A model generated the notes under the pieces. The model saw only the letters and a list, made by a program, of their open reading frames with translations. It ran no database searches and had not been told where the DNA came from. Positions 55,869 to 64,000 of a stretch of DNA of 64,000 nt are shown here, one piece after another. Where the stretch lies: the NCBI GenBank assembly GCA_963836235.1, contig CAWIIP010000002.1, positions 1 to 64,000 of the forward strand, given 5' to 3'. Position numbers and translations under genes: made by a program. Position 1 is the stretch's first letter. Each line of letters opens with the position of its first letter. The stretch comes from an uncultured Pseudomonadota bacterium (GTDB taxonomy: Bacteria > Oederibacteriota > Muellerivitia > Muellerivitales > Muellerivitaceae).

Positions 55869-57096
55869 GGACTCCCGCCACTTTCTTTCCTAAGTTAAAT
55901 TTTTGATGAATGGCTGAAACCGCCTTCGCCACATCCTTCTCATTGATGACGACGGATATTCTGATTTCCGATGTGGAAATCATTTGGATATTCACTTCTT
56001 TCTCAGCTAGGGCTTTGAACATTTTTGCCGCAACACCGGAATGAGACCGCATTCCCACACCCACCACCGACACCTTGGCGATATGCTCGTCGGAAATAAT
56101 GCCTGCGGGCTTGAGTATCTTCGATGCCTCATTGACCACTTTCATGGTCTTTTTGAGTTCCGACCGCTCCACGGTGAAGGACACGTCCGAATGGCCTTTC
56201 TCTCCAATGTTTTGGATGATCATGTCAACATTGACGCCGGCAGCTCCCAGCTTTGAAAAAAGGATGGAGGCGACTCCGGGCCGATCCGGCACACCTCTCA
56301 CGGTAACTTTAGCCTCGCTCTTATTATAGGTCACCCCGCTGATGACCACCTTTTCCATAGCTTTTGTTTCCTGCATGACGATCGTCCCTTCTTTTTCATT
56401 GAATGTCGGCCTCACATGAATCTTAATGCCGAAGTTTTTCGCGAATTCCACAGACCTGGCATTCAGCACCTGCGCTCCCGCACTGGCCATTTCCAACATC
56501 TCATCATAACTGACCAAAGAAAGCTTCTTGGCGTCCTTCACGATATGGGGATTGGCCGTGAAAACACCATCGACATCTTTATAAAACTCACAGACATCGG
56601 CTTTCAAGGCCGCAGCAATCGCAACTGCCGTCAAATCGCTCCCGCCCCGGCCCAAAGTGGTAATTTCATTGTCTTTGTTCATCCCCTGGAAACCAGCCAC
56701 CACGACGACTTTGCCCTGAGAAAGGGCCTTCCGGATGGTGGTATCGCCCACCTTCACGATGCGCGCCTTGGTATGGGCATTATCCGTCACGATGCCCACC
56801 TGGTGGCCCGTAAAGGAAATGGCATCACATCCGCAAGACTGTATAGCCAGTGCCAAAAGGGCGATGGCTTGTTGTTCCCCCGTGGCCAAAAGAACGTCCA
56901 TTTCTCTTTCATCAGGACTCTCGGTGATCTTGTGAGCCAGGGTAATCAGGTCGTCCGTGGTGTCCCCAGGCGCCGATACGACGACGACTACCTGGTGTCC
57001 GCTTTTCCGGGCTTTGGCAATACGCCGGGCTACTTCCAACATTTTGGAAGCGTCGGCTACCGACGACCCGCCAAATTTTTGGACAATCAATGCCAT
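55861..57096 (-). CDS. lysC: Aspartate kinase
   Basis: VQKFGGSSV, REMDVLLATGEQ, TTLGRGGSD, two ACT domains, ISTSEI. Confidence 0.96.
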   Translation of the reverse strand: MALIVQKFGGSSVADASKMLEVARRIAKARKSGHQVVVVVSAPGDTTDDLITLAHKITESPDEREMDVLLATGEQQAIALLALAIQSCGCDAISFTGHQVGIVTDNAHTKARIVKVGDTTIRKALSQGKVVVVAGFQGMNKDNEITTLGRGGSDLTAVAIAAALKADVCEFYKDVDGVFTANPHIVKDAKKLSLVSYDEMLEMASAGAQVLNARSVEFAKNFGIKIHVRPTFNEKEGTIVMQETKAMEKVVISGVTYNKSEAKVTVRGVPDRPGVASILFSKLGAAGVNVDMIIQNIGEKGHSDVSFTVERSELKKTMKVVNEASKILKPAGIISDEHIAKVSVVGVGMRSHSGVAAKMFKALAEKEVNIQMISTSEIRISVVINEKDVAKAVSAIHQKFNLGKKVAGVRG

Positions 57097-57146
57097 TCTT
57101 CACCTTTATAAATTTTTAATTCACAATCAAAACTAAAATCCTCAAT

Positions 57147-58208
57147 TTACAACTTGAGGGCCCTGAGGATTTCTCCCATATCAGGCTTGATGACCGTGGG
57201 TTTATTGCTTCTCAAAATCGCCGTATCGGGATCTTTTAAGCCGTGGCCCGTCAAGGTACAAACAATTCTTCTTTTGCCGTCGATGAAATACCCTTCTTTG
57301 TTTTTCTTAATGACTCCGGCTAACGAGGCGGCCGAAGCCGGTTCGCAAAAGATACCTTCCATGGCCGCCAACATCTCGTAAGCCAAAAGAATTTCCTCGT
57401 CTGTTACAGCCTCGATCAAACCGCGGGACTCGTTCCGGGCCGCCTCGGCGGCCTTCCAAGAAAAAGGATTCCCAATTTTAATGGCGGTGGCAATGGTATG
57501 GGGATTCTCAATGACCCTCTGTTCGACGATAGGAGCCGACCCCGCCGCCTGGAACCCACACATGCGGGGCAGTTGGGTGGAAAGGCCCTTCAGTTTATAT
57601 TCCTTATACCCTTTCCAGTAAGCGGTGATATTCCCGGCGTTACCCACGGGGATAGCGTGATATTCGGGAGCGTCCCCGATGGTGTCGACAATCTCGAAAG
57701 CCGCTGTTTTTTGACCTTCCAAACGGTAGGGGTTGTTGGAATTGACCATGGTAATGGGATGTTCCTCCGCCAATTCGCGGGTCAATTTCAGGGCCTGGTC
57801 GAAGCTTCCCTCGACCGCCAAAACCTTCGCCCCGTAAATCATGGACTGGGCCAGTTTGCCCAAGGCGATGGAACCGTGGGGCAAGAGAACCGCACAGGAA
57901 ATGCCCGCGTGGGCCGAATAGGCCGCAGCGGCCGCGGAAGTATTTCCGGTGGAAGCGCAAATGACGGCCTTGGCACCCTCCTCGACCGCTTTGGACATGG
58001 CCATGGTCATGCCCCGGTCCTTAAAGGAACCGGTGGGATTAAGGCCCTCGAACTTCAAATAGATATTAAGGCCATTCCCGAGTTTCTTGGAAATGTTTTT
58101 GGCGTGGATGAGCGGGGTGTCGCCCTCTTTCAAGGTGATGACGGGCGTTTTTTCCGTAACCGGCAAATAGGCCCGGTATTCCTCAATAACACCCTTCCAA
58201 TAAGGCAT
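57147..58208 (-). CDS. thrC: Threonine synthase (housekeeping)
   Basis: NPTGSFKDRGM, CASTGNTS, PVGNAGNI, TIATAIKIGNP, EPASAA, TGHGLKD; adjacent to hom. Confidence 0.95.
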   Translation of the reverse strand: MPYWKGVIEEYRAYLPVTEKTPVITLKEGDTPLIHAKNISKKLGNGLNIYLKFEGLNPTGSFKDRGMTMAMSKAVEEGAKAVICASTGNTSAAAAAYSAHAGISCAVLLPHGSIALGKLAQSMIYGAKVLAVEGSFDQALKLTRELAEEHPITMVNSNNPYRLEGQKTAAFEIVDTIGDAPEYHAIPVGNAGNITAYWKGYKEYKLKGLSTQLPRMCGFQAAGSAPIVEQRVIENPHTIATAIKIGNPFSWKAAEAARNESRGLIEAVTDEEILLAYEMLAAMEGIFCEPASAASLAGVIKKNKEGYFIDGKRRIVCTLTGHGLKDPDTAILRSNKPTVIKPDMGEILRALKL

Positions 58209-58209
58209 A

Positions 58210-59532
58210 TTATTCTCCCCGGTCCATGCGGATAAGGAGGGTCTCTTCCTGGATGAAGGGTAGACCGTTGATCTTCTTCAGTGCGTCTTGCACGTTTTTC
58301 TCAACCGCCTCGTAAGTAACGATGACGACCGGTACTTTATCGCCCTTCTTTTGTTCTTTTTGGATGACGGAAGCGATGGAAATTTGGTGCTCGCCCAGGA
58401 TACGGGAAATCGCCGACAGCACGCCCGCCTGGTCCAAGACGGAAAACTTCAGATAATAACGGGACTTGATATCACCCATTTTCTTGATGCGCTTGATTTG
58501 GGGGTTGTCCGATAGGAACCAGCAATTGGAAATCTCGCCCGCCACGTTGTCATGGACGCTCCGGCAGACGTAAATCAGGTCGCTCATCACCGCCGAGGCC
58601 GTGGGTTTGTTTCCCGCGCCCAGGCCGTAATACATAGTGGACCCCACGAAATCGCCCGTGACGAGGACGCCGTTATACTCGCCGTCGACCTTGGCTAAAA
58701 GATGGTCTTCCGGGATCAGGGTTGGGTTGACCCGGACTTCCAATTCATCTCCATCCACTTCAGCGATGGCGAAAAGTTTTACCACCCGTCCGAACTCCTC
58801 CTTGGCAAACTCAATATCCTGAAGAGTGATCCGTTCGATGCCTTCGACGTAAATGTCCTCCACTTTGACCCTTTTGGAAAAAGCCAAGGAAGCCAAGATC
58901 GCCAGCTTGTGGGCCGCGTCCATGCCGTTGATGTCCAGCGTCGGATCGGCCTCGGCCAAACCCTTCTTTTGGGCCATCTGCAGGGCCTCTTTAAAAGATT
59001 TCTTTTCCTCGGTCATTTTCTGGAGGATGAAGTTAGTGGTTCCGTTCACGATACCGTAAATAGAAGTGATGTTGTTCGGCGCCAATCCATCGTTGATGGC
59101 CTGGATGACGGGGATACCCCCGCAAACCGCCGCCTCAAAGTAAATATCCACTTTATGTTGGCGGGCGGTCTGGATGATCTCATCCCAATGCACGGACAGG
59201 ACCGCCTTGTTCGCGGTTACGATATGCTTGCCCCTGCCCATGGCCTCCAAAAGATAGGACCGTGCGGGTTCATAGCCCCCCATCAGTTCCAGAACCACGT
59301 CGATTTCGGGGTCGTTCAGGATGTCTTCGTAATTGGTCGTCAGCATGCCCTCGGGCACGGTAACTTCCCGCTGCTTCGTCAGGTCCTTGACCATCATCCT
59401 TTTGATGCGGATTTGAGCCCCGATTTTGGCCTCAATGAGTGTTCGGTTTTTCTCCAGCAGGCGGTAAACCCCCTGCCCGACGTTGCCGAAACCGATCATG
59501 CCGATTTGAATGATAGATTTTCCGTCCGCCAT
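58210..59532 (-). CDS. hom: Homoserine dehydrogenase with ACT domain
   Basis: GFGNVG, TANKA, FEAAVCGGIP, NGTTNFIL, AEADPT.D, GAG..PTASAV. Confidence 0.96.
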   Translation of the reverse strand: MADGKSIIQIGMIGFGNVGQGVYRLLEKNRTLIEAKIGAQIRIKRMMVKDLTKQREVTVPEGMLTTNYEDILNDPEIDVVLELMGGYEPARSYLLEAMGRGKHIVTANKAVLSVHWDEIIQTARQHKVDIYFEAAVCGGIPVIQAINDGLAPNNITSIYGIVNGTTNFILQKMTEEKKSFKEALQMAQKKGLAEADPTLDINGMDAAHKLAILASLAFSKRVKVEDIYVEGIERITLQDIEFAKEEFGRVVKLFAIAEVDGDELEVRVNPTLIPEDHLLAKVDGEYNGVLVTGDFVGSTMYYGLGAGNKPTASAVMSDLIYVCRSVHDNVAGEISNCWFLSDNPQIKRIKKMGDIKSRYYLKFSVLDQAGVLSAISRILGEHQISIASVIQKEQKKGDKVPVVIVTYEAVEKNVQDALKKINGLPFIQEETLLIRMDRGE

Positions 59533-59633
59533 AAACTCTCTCTCCATGCTTTTATAAAAAACTTCATCCCCTACGCAAAGGCTTCGGGGATTAGGCAACC
59601 TCTTCACAAAAATATGGACTGTTGCCTAAATAG

Positions 59634-59670
59634 CAAAACGCCCCGTGCTTGCGAAAAGCCGGGGCGTTTG
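59634..59670 (-). terminator. GC-rich hairpin with U-rich tail between aspC and hom
   Basis: RNA CAAACGCCCCGGCUUUUCGCAAGCACGGGGCGUUUUG followed by CUAUUU. Confidence 0.6.
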
Positions 59671-59738
59671 TTGAAAAAGGAGCCTTAGATTATAAGAAAA
59701 CAGGGGTCAATTCAAGGAAAAGCCCGGTAAAGAGGCCT

Positions 59739-60902
59739 TTAAACCGCCTCTTTGATTCGCTTCAACCCTTCCAGGATGACCTTCTCGCTTGTGGCGTAGG
59801 ACATCCGCATGTAACCCTCTGCGCCAAAGGCGATGCCGGGGGTCAGGGCCACCTTAGCCTTGTCCAACAAATACTCGGAAAGCTCCAGGGAATTGGAACG
59901 GCCCGCCTTGAAGAGCCCCTTCATATTTGGAAACACGTAAAAAGCTCCCGCCGGTTTCAGGCACTTCACGCCCAGGATAGCGTTCAGGCCTTCCACGATC
60001 ATGTCCCGCCTTTTGCGGAAAACCTCGACCATTTTTTGAATCTCCGAATCAGGCATGGCCAAGGCCGCAACTCCGGCCTTTTGGACAATGGCGGTGGCAT
60101 TGGAGGTCGATTGGCCTTGTAGATCAGCGATAGCTTTCATCACATTGGCGGGCCCCGCTGCGTAACCCAGGCGCCAACCCGTCATGGCATAGGCCTTGGA
60201 CATGCCATTGACCAAGAGCGTTTGAGCCGCAACTTCTTTAGACAAAGACGGGAAGCAAACATGCTCTTCCCCATAAACCAACTTGGCATAGATTTCATCC
60301 GAAACAACTATGAATTTATGCTTCAAGGCCAACTCGGCGATACCTTCCATGGCCTTACGGCCCACTACTGCGCCGGTAGGATTACTCGGAGAATTAAGGA
60401 TAAGGGCTTTGGTCTTGGGGGTGATCTTGGCTTTGAGAGCTTCCGGCGTCAGTTTGAACTCTTCGACTTCGGAACATTCCACGAAAATGGGGACTCCACC
60501 CGCGAGTTTGATTTGTTCGGGATAGCTGACCCAATAAGGCGATGGAATAAGAACCTCGTCGCCCGGATTGATGATCGCCATGAAAATGTTATAGAGGGAA
60601 TGCTTGGCCCCACAGGAAACCACGATTTCACCGGGCTCGTATTTGACCTTATATTCCCGATCCAGATATTGGCCGATGGCCTTGCGCAGTTCCAACGTGC
60701 CCGGTACAGGAGTGTATTTATGATGGCCTTCGTCAATGGCTTTCTTGGCCGCGTCGCAAATGACTTGGGGTGTGTTGAAGTCCGGTTCCCCTGCCCCAAA
60801 GTTAAGGACGTCCACTCCTTCTTCCTTCAATTTTTTGGCCTTCGCGTCGATAGCCAGTGTCATCGACGGGGCGATTTGTTTCATGCGTTCCGAGATATCC
60901 AT
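59739..60902 (-). CDS. aspC: Aspartate aminotransferase (class I)
   Basis: GAGEPDFNTP, GAKHSLYN, PYWVSY, NSPSNPTG, SDEIY, SKAYAMTGWRLGY. Confidence 0.9.
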   Translation of the reverse strand: MDISERMKQIAPSMTLAIDAKAKKLKEEGVDVLNFGAGEPDFNTPQVICDAAKKAIDEGHHKYTPVPGTLELRKAIGQYLDREYKVKYEPGEIVVSCGAKHSLYNIFMAIINPGDEVLIPSPYWVSYPEQIKLAGGVPIFVECSEVEEFKLTPEALKAKITPKTKALILNSPSNPTGAVVGRKAMEGIAELALKHKFIVVSDEIYAKLVYGEEHVCFPSLSKEVAAQTLLVNGMSKAYAMTGWRLGYAAGPANVMKAIADLQGQSTSNATAIVQKAGVAALAMPDSEIQKMVEVFRKRRDMIVEGLNAILGVKCLKPAGAFYVFPNMKGLFKAGRSNSLELSEYLLDKAKVALTPGIAFGAEGYMRMSYATSEKVILEGLKRIKEAV

Positions 60903-60921
60903 TCTTTTCCTCGCTTAGATT

Positions 60922-62103
60922 TTAAGAAAACAACTTTTTCATGTTTCTCAAAGCCTGACGAATACGGTCCTTGTTCTCCACCAGGGCCATTCGAACGTAT
61001 CCTTCACCCAACTTACCAAAACCCGACCCGGGGGAGATGGCCACGGCGGCCTCTTTCAATAACATCATGGAGAAATCAAGGGAACTCATTTTGGCGTAGC
61101 GTTGGGGTATCTTGGCCCAAAGGTACATGGCGGCCCTGGGTTTTTCAACGGGCCATCCTATCTTGTTCATTCCATCGGCCATGATGTCGCGTCGTTCCTG
61201 ATAAACCGCCGCTAATTTTCTCAAGTTTTCTTCCGGGCTGTCCAAGGCCGTAATCGCCGCCACTTGGATAGGCGTGAAGATGCCATAATCCATATAGCTC
61301 TTAATTTTCGCTAACGAGGCGATGACTTTCGGATTTCCCGCGATAAACCCCACCCGCCATCCCGCCATGTTATAAGACTTGGAAAGGGTAAAGGCTTCTA
61401 CGCCAATATCCTTGGCCCCAGGCGTGGCCAGGAAACTTGGGGATTTGTAACCATCAAACACGATGTCGGCGTAGGCCAGGTCATGCACCACCAGTACCTG
61501 GTTTTTCTTCGCCCACTTGACTATTTCCTTAAAGAACTCGGCCTCGACGCTCACCGTGGTGGGATTATGGGGAAAATTGATGATGAGTAGCTTGGGCTTG
61601 GGCCGGGATTTGGAATAGGCTTTAGCCAAGTTCTTCAAGAATTTTTCTGGGCCCTCCAGAATAGAGATGGGCACCAAATCACCCCCCGCAATAATGACAC
61701 TATAGTGGTGGATAGGGTAGGTAGGGGTAGGGGTTAAAACCTTATCACCCCGATTGATGACGGCTAAACCTAAATGGGCCAAACCTTCCTTGGAACCGAT
61801 GACCGAAACGGCCTCAGTATAGGGATTAATGGAAACCCCATATTTACGGTCATACCACCGGGAAACTGCCTTTAAAAAAGCCGGTATTCCTTTGGAAGTC
61901 GAATAGCGGTGGGATTTCTTGTCTCGCACCACCTCGATCAATTTGTCCACGACCGGTTGAGGTGTGGGATTGTCCGGATTCCCCATTCCGAAATCAATGA
62001 CGTCCTCTCCCTTGTGGCGTGCCGCCAGCTTTTCGGCGTTCAGCCGGGCAAAAAGATAGGGAGGAAATTTTTTAATGAGATTGGCTTCGGTTTGTAGGGG
62101 CAT
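60922..62103 (-). CDS. alaC: Class I aminotransferase, AlaC-like
   Basis: PPYLF, IDFGMGNPD, HRYS.SKGI, IGSKEGLAH, P.YPIH, HDLAYAD, SKSYNMAGWR, KSYMDYG.FTPIQ. Confidence 0.82.
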   Translation of the reverse strand: MPLQTEANLIKKFPPYLFARLNAEKLAARHKGEDVIDFGMGNPDNPTPQPVVDKLIEVVRDKKSHRYSTSKGIPAFLKAVSRWYDRKYGVSINPYTEAVSVIGSKEGLAHLGLAVINRGDKVLTPTPTYPIHHYSVIIAGGDLVPISILEGPEKFLKNLAKAYSKSRPKPKLLIINFPHNPTTVSVEAEFFKEIVKWAKKNQVLVVHDLAYADIVFDGYKSPSFLATPGAKDIGVEAFTLSKSYNMAGWRVGFIAGNPKVIASLAKIKSYMDYGIFTPIQVAAITALDSPEENLRKLAAVYQERRDIMADGMNKIGWPVEKPRAAMYLWAKIPQRYAKMSSLDFSMMLLKEAAVAISPGSGFGKLGEGYVRMALVENKDRIRQALRNMKKLFS

Positions 62104-62118
62104 TTTTAGGCCTTCAAT

Positions 62119-63036
62119 CTAGATTTTCACTTTCGGAATACTAGCGAACCGATGGTATTCCATCGATCGCTTCCTCAACTTGGACTTGTTCAAACCGGCA
62201 ATGGTTTTTGTCCCGAATCCCTGGACCGTAAAAGAAGCCACTAAATTACCGGCAATGACGGCTTGCTTCAGGATGTCCGGGGTCAGTTTACCCGACCTCG
62301 CGACGTAACCGATGAAAGCCCCGGCAAAAGTATCCCCCGCGCCCGTCGGGTCCACCACATAATCCAGGGGCACCGCTGGCGAAAGGAAGGTCCAATCCTG
62401 CCCAAAAAGCATGGCGCCATGTTCTCCTTTTTTCACGATGACCGTCTTGGGTCCCATCTTTTGCAGGGCCCGAGCGCCTTTCATCAAGTGCATTTCACCG
62501 GTCAGCAAACGAATTTCCTGGTCATTGACGACGACCAAGTCCGTTTTCCTTAAAACTTTCAGCAGGGCTGGTTTGGTGATATTGATCCAGAGGTCGCGCG
62601 TATCCAACACCACAAACTTCGGCTTAATCATTTGTTGCAATACCTTCATCTGCAAATCTGGATGAATCGCGGCCAGAAATACGAACGGGATATTGCGGGC
62701 TTGGCCCGTTATATGCGGGTCAAACCGTTCGAAGACGCCCAAGTCAATCTTCACCGTATGGGCCACTGCCATATCATTCTCGTAATAACCCTTCCAATAA
62801 AAGGTTTTTCCCTTTTCCCGGGTGACGAGATCGGTATTAACCCCGTGGCGTTTCAACATTGTCAACTCAGAATCCTTAAAGTCATCTCCTACCACGCCCA
62901 CCATCTTCACAGGGGCGAAAAGCGAGGCCGCGAGGCTGGAGTAGGTGGCTGCCCCACCCAGAACCCTTTCAGCTGAACCATAGGGAGTCTTGAGGCCGTC
63001 ATAAGCGACAGAACCAACAATAAGGACTTCGGACAT
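62119..63036 (-). CDS. PfkB-family carbohydrate/nucleoside kinase
   Basis: VGSVAYD, LGGAATY, KKGEHGA, DPTGAGDTFAG. Confidence 0.92.
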   Translation of the reverse strand: MSEVLIVGSVAYDGLKTPYGSAERVLGGAATYSSLAASLFAPVKMVGVVGDDFKDSELTMLKRHGVNTDLVTREKGKTFYWKGYYENDMAVAHTVKIDLGVFERFDPHITGQARNIPFVFLAAIHPDLQMKVLQQMIKPKFVVLDTRDLWINITKPALLKVLRKTDLVVVNDQEIRLLTGEMHLMKGARALQKMGPKTVIVKKGEHGAMLFGQDWTFLSPAVPLDYVVDPTGAGDTFAGAFIGYVARSGKLTPDILKQAVIAGNLVASFTVQGFGTKTIAGLNKSKLRKRSMEYHRFASIPKVKI

Positions 63037-63070
63037 TTCTTTACTCCTGAAAATTAAATGAACAGGATTT

Positions 63071-63505
63071 TCAGCTCGGATCAAACAAAACGTATTTTCT
63101 CGTCGAACAATAGACAAAAAACACCAACACCGCTAGAAGAGTGTCGCCCGTCAGTTTTAAAACCATGGGGTTATCTTCATGCTTATTGCACTTCACTTTT
63201 AAACCGTGGGCCGTTTCCCCAACGAAGTAATAATGTTTCTCATGATCGTAGGTAAGGGGTTGGAGGAAGCCCGCCTGAACCAAAGCGTTCTCATCAATGT
63301 CTTCGGTGACAGGCTTATCCAGATGGGCTTGATTCCACTGGTTGACAGCCTTTTGGAGGGTGATGACGCGGGAATAGCAATCCAATTCGTCCCGGGGAAT
63401 CAAAAGCTGCCGGAGAGCGTAAACGGCCACAAAGGTAAATAGCCATGATATGCCGAATATGATAAGCCCGGTCTTCCATGTCAATTTTTTGGTCGTGGAT
63501 TCCAT
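63071..63505 (-). CDS. Two-TM hypothetical protein with a pilin-like periplasmic segment
   Basis: TM, then C....I.LQKAV.QW...LVQAGFL...C..H, then a second TM. Confidence 0.6.
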   Translation of the reverse strand: MESTTKKLTWKTGLIIFGISWLFTFVAVYALRQLLIPRDELDCYSRVITLQKAVNQWNQAHLDKPVTEDIDENALVQAGFLQPLTYDHEKHYYFVGETAHGLKVKCNKHEDNPMVLKLTGDTLLAVLVFFVYCSTRKYVLFDPS

Positions 63506-63605
63506 CAAAGCTCCCCGAAAATTTGGACGAGTATAGCAAAAGAGGGCCTTTTTTATTGAAAAATTAGGAAAAAGCCATTGTGTTAGCTGAGGCTTGTTGA
63601 ACCTT

Positions 63606-64000
63606 TCATCCTCTCCCACTCACCAACACTGGCCTTCGAGTAGCGTAGGAAACATTCAAAAGCATTCCCACCGCCGCATAACTGAATACTAGGGAAGATC
63701 CCCCGTAACTGATGAAAGGAAGGGTGAGGCCGGTCACGGGCAAAAGCCCCACAGTCATGCCCACGTTGATAACGATCTGCACGGCGAACATGCTGGCGAT
63801 CCCCAGTGCCAAAAGGGATCCTTCACGGTCCCTGGCTTTGCGGGCGATCTCAAACGATTTCTGAATCAACAGGTAATAAAGGCCCAAAACTATCGCGCAT
63901 CCTACGAAACCCCATTCCTCACCCACCACCGAAAAGATAAAGTCCGTATGATGCTCTGGGATAAAAGAAAGCTGGGTCTGGGTGCCCTGCATATAACCCT
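63606..64000 (-). CDS. rodA: SEDS peptidoglycan polymerase RodA, 3' portion (starts beyond the right edge)
   Basis: GTQTQLSFIPEHHTDFIFSVVGEEWGF, INVGMTVGLLPVTGLTLPFISYGGSS. Confidence 0.92.
   Translation of the reverse strand, partial: GYMQGTQTQLSFIPEHHTDFIFSVVGEEWGFVGCAIVLGLYYLLIQKSFEIARKARDREGSLLALGIASMFAVQIVINVGMTVGLLPVTGLTLPFISYGGSSLVFSYAAVGMLLNVSYATRRPVLVSGRG

Noticed and set aside
1-64000. tRNA, rRNA and CRISPR arrays
   Set aside because: No cloverleaf or T-loop signatures, rRNA-like tracts or regularly spaced repeats were found by eye in the intergenic regions; a tRNAscan or CRISPR finder run would confirm.

Overview
Bacterial chromosomal window from a diderm (porin, TolC), nearly all genes on the minus strand. 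It has no rRNA, tRNA or CRISPR array that I can see. From left to right: glycogen genes (glgB running off the edge, frameshifted GH57/DUF3536); a sulfate uptake/activation operon (1-Cys peroxiredoxin, OprO/P-type porin, sbp-cysTWA-cysDN, GT-C-like membrane protein); a persulfide-response cluster (ArsR, DUF6132, rhodanese, CoADR-rhodanese); a ~13.5 kb accessory block (20973-34433); mixed metabolic genes; a SAM-I-controlled thrC paralog with a sulfur-carrier/NIL/ThiF/cysK cluster; and a housekeeping run (greA, fur, murI, cimA, lysC, thrC, hom, aspC, alaC, pfkB, rodA). The strongest unexplained signals are three. (1) Three SAM-II-like pseudoknot riboswitches in the sulfate operon, two in tandem and each wired to its own intrinsic terminator. 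(2) A modular accessory block built from three signal-anchored leader proteins ending in LRI-stop, three HPr paralogs with graded loss of phosphorylation sites, two Gly/Asn-rich plus Trp/Tyr/Cys-rich secreted paralogs, and an adaptor-less RND+TolC pair. (3) Two complementary half-MoeB/ThiF genes that look like a heterodimeric E1. All calls come from reading the sequence and recalling motifs; no searches or folding programs were run.
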